Of a stretch of DNA of 64,000 nucleotides, positions 24,560-37,066 are shown piece after piece. A program made the position numbers and the translations under genes. How positions within the stretch are numbered: position 1 is the first letter of the stretch; each line of letters opens with the position of its first letter. The notes below the pieces were generated by a model. The model was not told where the DNA came from. It searched no databases and worked only from the letters and a program-made list of their open reading frames with translations. Source of the stretch: Hemiscyllium ocellatum (taxonomy: Eukaryota); NCBI RefSeq assembly GCF_020745735.1, contig NW_026869227.1, positions 1 to 64,000 of the forward strand. Direction: 5' to 3'.

Positions 24560-25560
24560 CTCCCCACAGACACGCACACACGTGTACACAGACACAAACA
24601 CACGGGCTAACACACACACACGTACACACGCAACATGGGCTGATACACGCACACACGTACACATGGGCTGACACACGCACACATACAGACACAAACACAC
24701 GAGCTTACACACACGCAGACACACGTACACACAGACACCAACACACGGGCTAACACACACGCAGACACACGTACACACAGACACCAACACACGGACTAAC
24801 ACACACACAGACACAAACACAGGCTGATACACAGACACATACAGGCTGACACAGACAAACACGTACAAACAGACACAAACACACGGGTTGACACACAGAC
24901 ACACATGTACACAGACACAAACACTGGCTGATGCACACACAGACACACGTACACACAGATACAAACACACGGGCTGACGCATGCACACACATACACAGGC
25001 ACAGACGTGTACACACACAAACACACAGGTTAACACGCGCACATACACGTACACACAAACACGGACTGGCACACAGACACGTACACACAGACGCAAACAC
25101 GGGCTGATACACACACACAGACACACAGGTGTACACAGACACAAACACACGGGCTGACGCGCGCACACGTACGTACATACAGACACACGGGCTGACGCGC
25201 GCACACGTACGTACACAGACACACGGGCTGACGCACAAACAGGAGCTGACGCACAGGCACACGTGCACATACGGGCTGACGTGTACACACATGGGCTCAC
25301 GCACATGCACACACACACGTATACATACAGACTGGCCCACACAGGCGCACAGAAATACAATGCAGACTGACCCGCGCACACAAGCAGTCGGTGCACAGAA
25401 CTATGTGCACACAGGCACATCGAAATAGGACCCGAATGTGCGCCCAGACAGAAGGAAACATGGCAAAGCACACACGGGCACAGAAACACCCACTCTCCGC
25501 ACACGGGCACATGGAAAGGGGCACCCTCACACGAGCACACAGGCACATGTGGGCACACCA
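24560..25560 (+). repeat. Degenerate (CA)n-rich minisatellite with recurring gggctga / cacgtacac motifs
   Basis: Visible repeat beginning ~150 nt after the ATF7 stop. Confidence 0.85.
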
Positions 25561-26182
25561 TTCTCAGAGGGAAGGATCTTGTTGCCTACAGCTCAGGACT
25601 CCCAGGAGCCGGTTCTCCTGGAATCCAATCCCCAGCAAAGCCCTCACTGCACTTGCCCGCGCACCCCCCCCACCCACTGGATCACCCTCATACGTGCCTC
25701 TCGCTCACACACTTTCTTCCCCCCATCTCTATCTCTCTCTTGCCCTGTCTCTTTCTCTCTCTGTCTCACGGTGTGTCTTTCGTGCTCTCTCTCTCTCTCT
25801 CTCTCTCTCGCTCTGTCTTTCTCGCTCACTCTCTCTCTCACTCTCGCTCTGTCTTTCTCGCTCACTCTATCTCTCTCTCACTCTCCTCTCTCTCTCACTC
25901 TCGCTCTGTCACGGTGTCTCTCTCTCTCTCTCGCTCACTCTCACTTTCAGTTCCTTGGTGTCTCCTCGTCCCACTCCCCCACCTGTCCCTTGGTGTGTCT
26001 CCTCATTTTGTCTCTCTTGTGTTTTTCCTGTTCCTCACGCTGTCACATCCTCCCTCTCTGAATCACAGCAATGTTATGGTGCCTGTCTGGTATGTCTGCA
26101 TTGAGGCAGACTCCCCACCCCAGCATTCCAGACTCTAACCCCTGCTCACTTCACCCCACCTTCATTTCCATGTCCCACTGTC

Positions 26183-29100
26183 TTGTTTTCTCTGTGTCGT
26201 CGTTCTCTCTCTGTGTCGTCGTTCTCTCTCTGTGTCGTCGTTCTCTCTCTGTGTCGTCGTTCTCTCTCTGTGTCGTCGTTCTCTCTCTGTGTCGTCGCTC
26301 TCTCTCTGTGTCGTCGCTCTCTCTCTGTGTCGTCGCTCTCTCTCTGTGTCGTCGCTCTCTCTCTGTGTCGTCGCTCTCTCTCTGTGTCGTCGCTCTCTCT
26401 CTGTGTCGTCGCTCTCTCTCTCTGTCGTCGTTCTCTCTCTCTGTCGTCGTTCTCTCTCTCTCTGTCGTCGTTCTCTCTCTCGTCATTCTCTCTCTCTCTC
26501 TCGTCGTTCTCTCTCTCTCTCGTCGTTCTCTCTCTCTCTCGTCGTCCTCTCTCTCTCTCTCGTCGTTCTCTCTCTCTCTCTCTCGTCGTTCTCTCTCTCT
26601 CTCTCGTCGTTCTCTCTCTCTCTCTCGTCGTTCTCTCTCTCTCTCTCGTCGTTCTCTCTCTCTCTTGTCATTCTCTCTCTCTGTCATCGTTCTCTCTCTC
26701 TGTCGTCGTTGTTCTCTCTCTCTCTCTCTGTCGTCATCCGCTCTCTCTCTCTCTGTCGTCATCCGCTCTCTCTCTGTCGTCGTCCTCTCTCTCTGTCGTC
26801 GTCCTCTCTCTCTGTCGTCGTCGTTCTCTCTCTCTCTGTCGTCGTCGTTCTCTCTCTCTGTCGTCATTCTCTCTCTCTGTCGTCGTTCTCTCTCTCTCTG
26901 TCGTCGTTCTCTCTCTCGTCATTCTCTCTCTCTCTCTCGTCGTTCTCTCTCTCTCTCGTCGTTCTCTCTCTCTCTCGTCGTCCTCTCTCTCTCTCTCGTC
27001 GTTCTCTCTCTCTCTCTCTCGTCGTTCTCTCTCTCTCTCTCGTCGTTCTCTCTCTCTCTCGTCGTTCTCTCTCTCTCTCTCGTCGTTCTCTCTCTCTCTC
27101 GTCGTTCTCTCTCTCTCTCGTCGTTCTCTCTCTCTCTCGTCGTCCTCTCTCTCTCTCTCGTCGTTCTCTCTCTCTCTTGTCATTCTCTCTCTCTGTCACC
27201 GTTCTCTCTCTCTGTCATCGTTCTCTCTCTCTCTGTCGTCGTTGTTCTCTCTCTCTCTCTGTCGTCGTCCGCTCTCTCTCTGTCGTCGTCCTCTCTCTCT
27301 GTCGTCGTCCTCTCTCTCTCTGTCGTCGTCGTCCTCTCTCTCTGTCGTCGTCGTTCTCTCTCTCTCTGTCGTCGTCGTTCTCTCTCTCTGTCGTCGTTCT
27401 CTCTCTCTGTCGTCGTTCTCTCTCTGTCGTCGTTCTCTCTCTCTGTCGTCGTTCTCTCTCTCTGTCGTCGTTCTCTCTCTCTCTCTGTCGTCGTTCTCTC
27501 TCTCTCTGTCGTCGTTCTCTCTGTCGTCGTTCTCTCTGTCGTCGTTCTCTCTGTCGTCGTTCTCTCTGTCGTCACTCTCTCTGTCGTCGTTCTCTCTGTC
27601 GTCGTTCTCTCTGTCGTCGTTCTCTCTGTCGTCGTTCTCTCTGTCGTCGTTCTCTCTGTCGTCACTCTCTCTCTGTCGTCTCTCTCTCTCTGTCGTCTCT
27701 GTCTCTGTGTCGTCGCTCTCTGTCTCTGTGTCGTCGCTCTCTGTCTCTGTGTCGTCGCTCTCTGTCTCTGTGTCGTCGCTCTCTCTCTCTGTGTCGTCGC
27801 TCTCTCTGTGTCGTCGCTCTCTCTCTCTCTGTGTCGTCGCTCTCTCTGTGTCGTCGCTCTCTCTGTGTCGTCTCTCTCTCTCTGTGCCGTCGCTCTCTCT
27901 CTGTGCCGTCGCTCTCTCTCTGTGTCGTCGCTCTCTCTCTCTGTGTCGTCGCTCTCTCTCTGTCGTCTCTCTCTCTGTGTCGTCGCTCTCTCTCTGTCGT
28001 CGCTCTCTCTCTGTCGTCGCTCTCTCTCTGTCGTCTCTGTCTCTGTTGTCTCTGTGTCGTCGCTCTCTCTGTCGTCGCTCTCTCTCTGTCGTCGCTCTCT
28101 CTCTGTCGTCTCTGTCTCTGTCTCTGTGTCGTCGCTCTCTGTGTCGTCGCTCTCTCTCTCTGTGTCGTCGCTCTCTCTCTCTGTGTCGTCGCTCTCTCTC
28201 TCTGTGTCGTCGCTCTCTCTCTCTGTGTCGTCGCTCTCTCTCTCTCTGTGTCGTCGCTCTCTCTCTCTCTGTGTCGTCGCTCTCTCTGTGTCGTCGCTCT
28301 CTCTGTGTCGTCGCTCTCTCTGTCGTCGCTCTCTCTCTGTGTCGTCGCTCTCTCTCTGTGTCGTCGCTCTCTCTCTGTGTCGTCGCTCTCTCTCTCTGTG
28401 TCGTCGCTCTCTCTCTGTCGTCGCTCTCTCTCTGTCGTCGCTCTCTCTCTGTCGTCTCTGTCTCTGTGTCGTCGCTCTCTGTCTCTGTGTCGTCGCTCTC
28501 TGTCTCTGTGTCGTCGCTCTCTCTCTCGCTGTGTCGTCGCTCTCTCTCTCTCTGTGTCGTCGCTCTCTCTGTGTCGTCGCTCTCTCTCTGTGTCGTCGCT
28601 CTCTCTCTGTGTCGTCGCTCTCTCTGTCGTCGCTCTCTCTCTGTCGTCGCTCTCTCTCTGTCGTCGCTCTCTCTCTGTCGTCGCTGTCTCTCTGTCGTCG
28701 CTGTCTCTCTGTCGTCGCTGTCTCTCTGTCGTCGCTGTCTCTCTGTCGTCGCTGTCTCTCTGTCGTCGCTCTCTCTCTGTCGTCTCTGTCTCTGTGTCGT
28801 CGCTCTCTGTCTCTGTGTCGTCGCTCTCTGTCTCTGTGTCGTCGCTCTCTCTCTCTGTCATCGTTCTCTCTCTCTCTCTCTGTCGTCGTTGTTCTCTCTC
28901 TCTGTCGTCGTCCGCTCTCTCTCTGTCGTCGTCCTCTCTCTCTGTCGTCGTCCTCTCTCTCTCTGTCGTCGTCGTCGTTCTCTCTCTCTGTCGTCGTTCT
29001 CTCTCTCTGTCGTCGTTCTCTCTCTCTGTCGTCGTTCTCTCTCTCTGTCGTCATTCTCTCTCTGTCGTCGTTCTCTCTCTGTCGTCGTTCTCTCTCTGTC

Positions 29101-32100
29101 GTCGTTCTCTCTCTCTGTCGTTCTCTCTCTCTCTCTGTCGTTCTCTCTCTCTCTGTCGTCGTTCTCTCTGTCGTCGCTCTCTCTCTGTCGTCGCTCTCTC
29201 TCTGTCGTCGCTCTCTCTCTGTCGTCGCTCTCTCTCTGTCGTCGCTCTCTCTCTGTCGTCGCTCTCTCTCTGTCGTCGCTCTCTCTCTGTCGTCGCTCTC
29301 TCTCTGTCGTCGCTCTCTCTCTGTCGTCGCTCTCTCTCTGTCGTCGCTCTCTCTGTCGTCTCTGTCTCTGTGTCGTCGCTCTCTGTCTCTGTGTCGTCGC
29401 TCTCTGTCTCTGTGTCGTCGCTCTCTGTCTCTGTGTCGTCGCTCTCTGTCTCTGTGTCGTCGCTCTCTCTGTGTCGTCGCTCTCTCTGTGTCGTCGCTCT
29501 CTCTGTGTCGTCGCTCTCTCTGTGTCGTCGCTCTCTCTGTGTCGTCGCTCTCTCTGTGTCGTCGCTCTCTCTGTGTCGTCTCTCTCTCTGTGTCGTCGCT
29601 CTCTCTCTGTGTCGTCGCTCTCTCTCTCTCTGTCGTCGCTCTCTGTCGTCGCTCTCTCTCTGTCGTCGCTCTCTCTCTGTCGTCGCTCTCTCTGTGTCGT
29701 CGCTCTCTCTCTGTGTCGTCGCTCTCTCTCTGTCGTCGCTCTCTCTCTGTCGTCGCTCTCTCTCTGTCGTCGCTCTCTCTCTGTCGTCGCTCTCTCTCTG
29801 TCGTCGCTCTCTCTCTGTCGTCGCTCTCTCTCTGTCGTCGCTCTCTCTCTGTCGTCGCTCTCTCTCTGTCGTCGCTCTCTCTCTGTCGTCGCTCTCTCTC
29901 TGTCGTCTCTCTCTCTCTGTCTCTGTGTCGTCGCTCTCTCTCTCTGTGTCGTCGCTCTCTCTCTCTGTGTCGTCGCTCTCTCTCTCTGTGTCGTCGCTCT
30001 CTCTGTGTCGTCGCTCTCTCTGTGTCGTCGCTCTCTCTGTGTCGTCGCTCTCTCTCTGTGTCGTCTCTCTCTCTCTGTGTCGTCGCTCTCTCTCTGTGTC
30101 GTCGCTCTCTCTCTCTGTGTCGTCGCTCTCTCTCTCTGTGTCGTCGTTCTCTCTCTCTCTGTCGTCGTCCTCCCGCTCTGTCGTCGTCCTCCCGCTCTGT
30201 CGTCGTCCTCCCGCTCTCTCTGTCGTCGCTCTCTCTCTCTCTCTGTCGTCGCTCTCTCTCTCTCTCTGTCGTCGCTCTCTCTCTCTCTCTCTGTCGCCGC
30301 TCTCTCTCTCTCTCTGTCGTCTCTCTCTCTGTGTCGTTGCTCTCTCTCTCTGTGTCGTCGCTCTCTCTCTCTCTCTGTCGTCGCTCTCTCTCTCTCTCTG
30401 TCGTCGCTCTCTCTCTCACTCTGTCGTCGCTCTCTCTCTCACTCTGTCGTCGCTCTCTCTCTCACTCTGTCGTCGCTCTCTCTCTCTCTGTCGTCGCTCT
30501 CTCTCTCCCTCTGTCGTCTCTCTCTCTGTGTCGTCGCTCTCTGTCTCTGTGTCGTCGCTCTCTGTCTGTGTCGTCGCTCTCTCTCTCTGTGTCGTCGCTC
30601 TCTCTCTGTGTCGTCGCTCTCTCTGTGTCGTCTCTCTCTCTCTGTGTCGTCACTCTCTCTCTCTGTGTCGTCGCTCTCTCTCTGTGTCGTCGCTCTCTCT
30701 CTGTGTCGTCGCTCTCTCTCTGTGTCGTCGCTCTCTCTGTGTCGTCGCTCTCTCTGTGTCGTCGCTCTCTCTGTGTCGTCGCTCTCTCTGTGTCGTCGCT
30801 CTCTCTCTCTGTGTCGTCGCTCTCTGTGTCGTCGCTCTCTCTCTCTGTGTCGTCGCTCTCTCTCTCTGTGTCGTCGCTCTCTCTCTCTGTGTCGTCGCTC
30901 TCTCTCTCTGTGTCGTCGCTCTCTCTGTGTCGTCGCTCTCTCTCTCTGTGTCGTCGCTCTCTCTCTCTGTGTCGTCGCTCTCTCTCTCTGTGTCGTCGCT
31001 CTCTCTCTCTGTGTCGTCGCTCTCTCTCTGTGTCGTCGCACTCTCTCTCTGTCGTCGTTCTCTCTCTCTCTGTCGTCGTCCTCCCGCTCTGTCGTCGTCC
31101 TCCCGCTCTGTCGTCGTCCTCCCGCTCTCTCTGTCGTCGCTCTCTCTCTCTCTCTGTCGTCGCTCTCTCTCTCTGTGTCGTCGCTCTCTCTCTCTGTGTC
31201 GTCGCTCTCTCTCTCACTCTGTCGTCGCTCTCTCTCTCACTCTGTCGTCGCTCTCTCTCTCTCTGTCGTCGCTCTCTCTCTCTCTCTGTCGTCGCTCTCT
31301 CTCTCTCTCTGTCGTCTCTGTCTCTGTGTCGTCGCTCTCTGTCTCTGTGTCGTCGCTCTCTGTCTCTGTGTCGTCGCTCTCTCTCTGTCGTCGCTCTCTC
31401 TCTGTGTCGTCGCTCTCTCTCTGTGTCGTCGCTCTCTCTGTGTCGTCGCTCTCTCTCTCTGTGTCGTCGCTCTCTCTCTCTGTGTCGTCGCTCTCTCTCT
31501 CTGTGTCGTCGCTCTCTCTCTCTGTCATCGTTTTCTCTCTCTCTGTCGTCGTCCTCCCGCTCTGTCGTCGTCCTCCCGCTCTGTCGTCGTCCTCCCGCTC
31601 TGTCGTCGTCCTCCCGCTCTCTCTGTCGTCGCTCTCGCTCTCTCTCTGTCGTCGCTCTCTCTCTCTGTGTCGTCGCTCTCTCTCTCTGTGTCGTCGCTCT
31701 CTCTCTCACTCTGTCGTCGCTCTCTCTCTCACTCTGTCGTCGCTCTCTCTCTCTCTCTGTCGTCGCTCTCTCTCTCTCTCTGTCGTCGCTCTCTCTCTCT
31801 CTGTCGTCTCTCTCTCTGTGTCGTCGCTCTCTGTCTCTGTGTCGTCGCTCTCTGTCTCTGTGTCGTCGCTCTCTCTCTGTGTCGTCGCTCTCTCTCTGTG
31901 TCGTCGCTCTCTCTGTGTCGTCGCTCTCTCTCTCTGTGTCGTCGCTCTCTCTCTCTGTGTCGTCGCTCTCTCTCTCTGTCGTCGCTCTCTCTGTGTCGTC
32001 GCTCTCTCTCTCTGTGTCGTCGCTCTCTCTCTGTGTCGTCGCTCTCTCTCTGTGTCGTCGCTCTCTCTCTCTGTGTCGTCGCTCTCTCTCTCTGTGTCGT

Positions 32101-35100
32101 CGCTCTCTCTCTCTGTGTCGTCGCTCTCTGTCTCTGTGTCGTCGCTCTCTGTCTCTGTGTCGTCGCTCTCTGTCTCTGTGTCGTCGCTCTCTCTCTGTGT
32201 CGTCGCTCTCTCTCTCTGTGTCGTCGCTCTCTCTGTGTCGTCGCTCTCTCTGTGTCGTCGCTCTCTCTCTCTGTGTCGTCGCTCTCTCTCTGTGTCGTTG
32301 CTCCCTCTGTCGTTGCTCCCTCTGTCGTTGCTCCCTCTGTCGTTGCTCCCTCTGTCGTTGCTCCCTCTGTCGTTGCTCCCTCTGTCGTTGCTCCCTCTGT
32401 CGTTGCTCCCTCTGTCGTTGCTCCCTCTGTCGTTGCTCCCTCTGTCGTTGCTCCCTCTGTCGTTGCTCCCTCTGTCGTTGCTCCCTCTGTCGTTGCTCCC
32501 TCTGTCGTTGCTCCCTCTGTCGTTGCTCCCTCTGTCGTTGCTCCCTCTGTCGTTGCTCCCTCTGTCGTTGCTCCCTCTGTCGTTGTTCTCTGTGTCGTTG
32601 TTCTCTGTGTCGTTGTTCTCTGTGTCGTTGTTCTCTGTGTCGTTGTTCTCTGTGTCGTTGTTCTCTGTGTCGTTGTTCTCTGTGTCGTTGTTCTCTGTGT
32701 CGTTGTTCTCTGTGTCGTTGTTCTCTGTGTCGTTGTTCTCTGTGTCGTTGTTCTCTGTGTCGTTGTTCTCTGTGTCGTTGTTCTCTGTGTCGTTGTTCTC
32801 TGTGTCGTTGTTCTCTGTGTCGTTGTTCTCTGTGTCGTTGTTCTCTGTGTCGTTGTTCTCTGTGTCGTTGTTCTCTGTGTCGTTGTTCTCTGTGTCGTTG
32901 TTCTCTGTGTCGTTGTTCTCTGTGTCGTTGTTCTCTGTGTCGTTGTTCTCTGTGTCGTTGTTCTCTGTGTCGTTGTTCTCTGTGTCGTTGTTCTCTGTGT
33001 CGTTGTTCTCTGTGTCGTTGTTCTCTCTGTCGTTGTTCTCTCTGTCGTTGTTCTCTCTGTCGTTGTTCTCTCTCTCTGTCGTTCTCTCTCTGTCGTTCTC
33101 TCTCTCTCTCTGTCGTCGTTCTCTCTCTCTCTGTCGTCGTTCTCTCTCTCTCTCTGTCGTCGTTCTCTCTCTCTCTGTCGTTCTCTCTCTCTGTCGTCGT
33201 TCTCTCTCTCTGTCGTCGTTCTCTCTCTCTGTCGTCGTTCTCTCTCTCTGTCGTTCTCTCTCTCTGTCGTCGTTCTCTCTGTCGTCGTTCTCTCTCTCTC
33301 TGTCGTTGTTCTCTCTCTCTGTCGTTGTTCTCTCTCTCTGTCGTCGTTCTCTCTCTCTCTGTCGTTCTCTCTCTGTCGTCGTTCTCTCTCTCTCTCTGTC
33401 GTCGTTCTCTCTCTCTCTCTGTCGTCGTTCTCTCTCTGTCGTCGTTCTCTCTCTCTCTGTCGTCGTTCTCTCTCTCTCTCTGTCGTCGTTCTCTCTCTCT
33501 GTCGTTCTCTCTCTCTCTGTCGTTCTCTCTCTCTCTGTCGTCGTTCTCTCTCTCTCTGTCGTCGTTCTCTCTCTCTCGTCGTTCTCTCTCTCTCTCTCTC
33601 GTCGTTCTCTCTCTCTGTCGTCGTTCTCTCTCTCTGTGTCGTCGTTCTCTCTCTGTGTCGTCGTTCTCTCTCTGTGTCGTCGTTCTCTCTCTCTGTCGTC
33701 GTTCTCTCTCTCTCTCTGTCGTCGTTCTCTCTCTCTCTCTCGTCGTTCTCTCTCTCTGTGTCGTCGTTCTCTCTCTGTGTCGTCGTTCTCTCTCTGTGTC
33801 GTCGTTCTCTCTCTCTGTCGTCGTTCTCTCTCTCTCTCGTCGTTCTCTCTGTCTCTCTCTCGTCGTTCTCTCTCTCTCTGTCGTTCTCTCTCTGTCGTCG
33901 TTCTCTCTCTCTGTGTCGTCGCTCTCTCTCTCTGTGTCGTCGCTCTCTCTCTCTGTGTCGTCGCTCTCTCTCTCTGTGTCGTTGCTCTCTCTCTCTGTGT
34001 CGTCTCTCTCTCTGTGTCGTCGCTCTCTCTCTCTGTGTCGTCGCTCTCTCTCTCTGTGTCGTCGCTCTCTCTCTCTGTGTCGTCGCTCTCTCTCTCTGTG
34101 TCGTCGCTCTCTCTCTGTGTCGTCGCTCTCTCTCTGTGTCGTCGCTCTCTCTCTCTGTGTCGTCGCTCTCTCTCTCTGTGTCGTCGCTCTCTCTCTCTGT
34201 GTCGTCGCTCTCTCTCTGTGTCGTCGCTCTCTCTCTCTGTGTCGTCGCTCTCTCTCTCTGTGTCGTCGCTCTCTCTCTCTGTGTCGTCGCTCTCTCTCTC
34301 TGTGTCGTCGCTCTCTCTGTGTCGTCGCTCTCTCTCTCTGTCGTTGTTCCCTCTGTCGTTCCCTCTGTCGTTGTTCCCTCTGTCGTTGTTCCCTCTGTCG
34401 TTGTTCCCTCTGTCGTTGTTCCCTCTGTCGTTGTTCCCTCTGTCGTTGTTCCCTCTGTCGTTGTTCCCTCTGTCGTTGTTCCCTCTGTCGTTGTTCCCTC
34501 TGTCGTTGTTCCCTCTGTCGTCGTTCTCTCTCTCTCTGTCGTCGTTCTCTCTCTCTCTGTCGTCGTTCTCTCTCTCTCTGTCGTCGTTCTCTCTCTCTCT
34601 CTGTCGTCGCTCTCTCTCTCTCTCTGTCGTCGCTCTCTCTCTCTCTCTGTCGTCGCTCTCTCTCTCTCTCTGTCGTCGTTCTCTCTCTCTCTCTGTCGTC
34701 GCTCTCTCTCTCTGTCGTCGTTCTCTCTCTCTGTCGTCGTTCTCTCTCTCTCTCTGTCGTCGTTCTCTCTCTCTCTCTGTCGTCGTTCTCTCTCTCTCTC
34801 TGTCGTCGCTCTCTCTCTCTCTCTGTCGTCGCTCTCTCTCTCTCTGTCGTCGCTCTCTCTCTCTCTCTGTCGTCGCTCTCTCTCTCTGTCGTCGCTCTCT
34901 CTCTCTGTCGTCGTCCTCTCTCTGTCGTCATTCTCTCTCTGTCGTCCTATCACTCTGTCGTCCTCTCTCTCTGTCGTCGTCCTCTCTCTCTGTCGTCGTC
35001 CTCTCTCTCTGTCGTCCTCTCTCTCTGTCGTCGTCCTCTCTCTGTCGTCGTCCTCTCTCTCTGTCGTCGTCCTCTCTCTCTGTCGTCGTCCTCTCGCTCT

Positions 35101-35522
35101 GTCGTCCTCTCTCTCTGTCGTCGTCCTCTCTCTCTGTCGTCGTCCTCTCTCTCTGTCGTCGTCCTCTCGCTCTGTCGTCGTCCTCTCGCTCTGTCGTCGT
35201 CCTCTCGCTCTGTCGTCGTCCTCTCGCTCTGTCGTCGTCCTCTCGCTCTGTCGTCGTCCTCTCGCTCTGTCGTCGTCCTCTCGCTCTGTCGCCGTCCTCT
35301 CGCTCTGTCGTCGCTCGCTCTCGCTCTGTCGTCGCTCGCTCTCTCTCTGTCGTCGCTCGCTCTCTCTCTGTCGTCGCTCGCTCTCTCTCTGTCGTCGCTC
35401 GCTCTCTCTCTGTCGTCGCTCGCTCTCTCTCTGTCGTCGTTCGCTCTCTCTCTCTCTGTCGTCGTTCTCTCTCTCTCTGTCGTTCTCTCTCTCTCTGTCG
35501 TTCTCACTGATGTTCTCTCTCT
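26183..35522 (+). repeat. ~9.3-kb compound pyrimidine satellite: (GT)GTCGTCG(T/C) alternating with variable (TC)n, with embedded perfect 15-bp arrays
   Basis: Directly visible. Almost no A on the + strand. 15-mer blocks at ~32293-32580, ~32580-33060 and ~34340-34517. Confidence 0.99.
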
Positions 35523-35841
35523 GTCATAGAGTCATAGAGATGTACAGCATGGTAACAGACCCTTCGGTCCAACCCGTCCATGCTGACCCAGATATCCCAA
35601 CCCAATCTAGTCCCCACCTGCCAGCACCCGGCCCATATCCCTCCAAACCCTTCCTGTTCCTATCCCCATCCAGATGCCTCTTAAATGTTGTCATTGTACC
35701 AGCCCCCACCACTTCCTCTGGCAGCTCATTCCATACACGTACCACCCTCTGGGGGAAAAGGTTGCCCCTTAGGTCTCTTTTATATCTTTCCCCCCTCACA
35801 CTAAACCCACGCCCCTCTAGTTCTGGACTCCCCCACCCCAG
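35523..35841 (-). mobile_element. 5'-truncated CR1/HER1-type LINE: ORF2 C-terminus, 3' UTR and tail
   Basis: Translates RGERYKRDLRGNLFPQRVVRVWNELPEEVVGAGTMTTFKRHLD, the typical CR1 ORF2 end. Terminates in a (ctctatga)2 tail. Confidence 0.9.
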
Positions 35842-35939
35842 GTTCTCTCTCTCTATCTCTTGTTCTCTCTCTCATTCTGTCCTACTCTCGCATGCTGTCC
35901 TGCTGTTAACTTTACTTCCAATTTAAAAAGATCGAGAGA

Positions 35940-36410
35940 GCATTACTGTATCTAACCTCACACTGTTCATGTCTCTGGGAGTGCTTGATGGGGGATGGTA
36001 TCTAACCCCCTGTCCCTGGGAGTGTGGCGACAGTGTAGAGGGAGCTTTACTCTGTATCTAACCCCCTGTCCCTGGGAGTGGGGAGACAGTGTAGAGGGAG
36101 CTTTACTCTGTATCTAACCCCCTGTCCCGGGGAGTGGGGCGACAGTGTAGAAGGAGCTTTACTCTGTAGCTAACCCCCCTGTCCCTGGGAGTGGGGGACA
36201 GTGTAGAAGGAGCTTTACTCTGTAGCTAACCCCCCTGTCCCTGGGAGTGGGGGACAGTGTAGAAGGAGCTTTACTCTGTATCTAACCCCCTGTCCCTGTG
36301 AGTGTGTGATGGGGAGGTTGGTACAGAGGGAGTGTTACTCTGCGTCTAGCCCCCTGTCCCTGGGAGTGTGTGATGGGGGGGGGGGAACGGTGTAGAAGGA
36401 GCTGCGTTCC
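35940..36410 (+). repeat. ~53-55-bp minisatellite (acagtgtagagggagctttactctgtatctaaccccctgtccctgggagtggg), ~8 copies
   Basis: Visible tandem units. An inverted relative occurs at ~55088-55172. Confidence 0.9.
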
Positions 36411-36861
36411 GTACATGGGGAGTGTCTCCCTGGGTCACCTCAGGCCCTCGCGAACTGATGCAAGCTGTCAGAGCGACCGAGAGTGTCCCCACGCGTGTGC
36501 GCTCGCGTGTCTGTGCGTGTCGTGGAGGGACCTATAATCATTTATTTTCTCCACGTCTTTTTTTATATATATATACATAATCAGACGAGACCACGTATAT
36601 TAACGGTAGATATTTCGACAGATCACCCGGGGGGAGGAGGAGGGGGGGGACGGGAGTTGTGTGAGCGCGGTGGGGGGAGCAGAATTCTCGGTCTCTAGAC
36701 AAGCCCCTTCCCCCTCCAACCCCCCAACCTTTCGATTTAATTTCTCCCCCCGTGACCTCGAAGAGACGCGATCATTGTAAATACTTGCCTCTGTAAATTG
36801 CTGAATATTTTATGGTGTAGCAGCAGATGTTATTATATACGGAGCCTCCGAACGTTCGGGC

Positions 36862-36867
36862 AATAAA
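36862..36867 (+). terminator. Probable ATF7 polyadenylation signal (AATAAA)
   Basis: First AATAAA I found on + after the ATF7 stop. Preceded by ~330 nt of unique AT-rich UTR-like sequence (36530-36860) and followed by GU-rich ctgttgcccctgtgttcc. Confidence 0.55.
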
Positions 36868-37066
36868 CCTCGCACAACCTGTTGCCCCTGTGTTCCTCCC
36901 GCCACTCCCACACCCCCGGCTTCCCTGGCCCCCTCGATTCGTCCCCTCGGAAACCAGGCGCGCCGCGATTGTCCGGGGGTCGGAACTGCGATAGGGCGGG
37001 CGGCTGCTGGGTGTTTGTCGGGAGTTCTCACGCACGAGGGATCATCGAGAAGCTCAGTGTGCGTGT

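Noticed and set aside
26183-35522. Constant motif with variable spacers resembling a CRISPR or coded array
   Set aside because: The spacers are only (TC)n length variants, explained by slippage.
35512-35852. 11-bp target-site duplication (gttctctctct) around the CR1 fragment
   Set aside because: The sequence is low complexity and abundant locally, so it is not diagnostic.
26071-35926. ORFs of >3000 aa (Ser/Leu/Val/Cys/Arg) and antisense Glu/Arg-rich ORFs
   Set aside because: The + strand lacks A and the - strand lacks T, so stop codons can hardly occur. No domain content.
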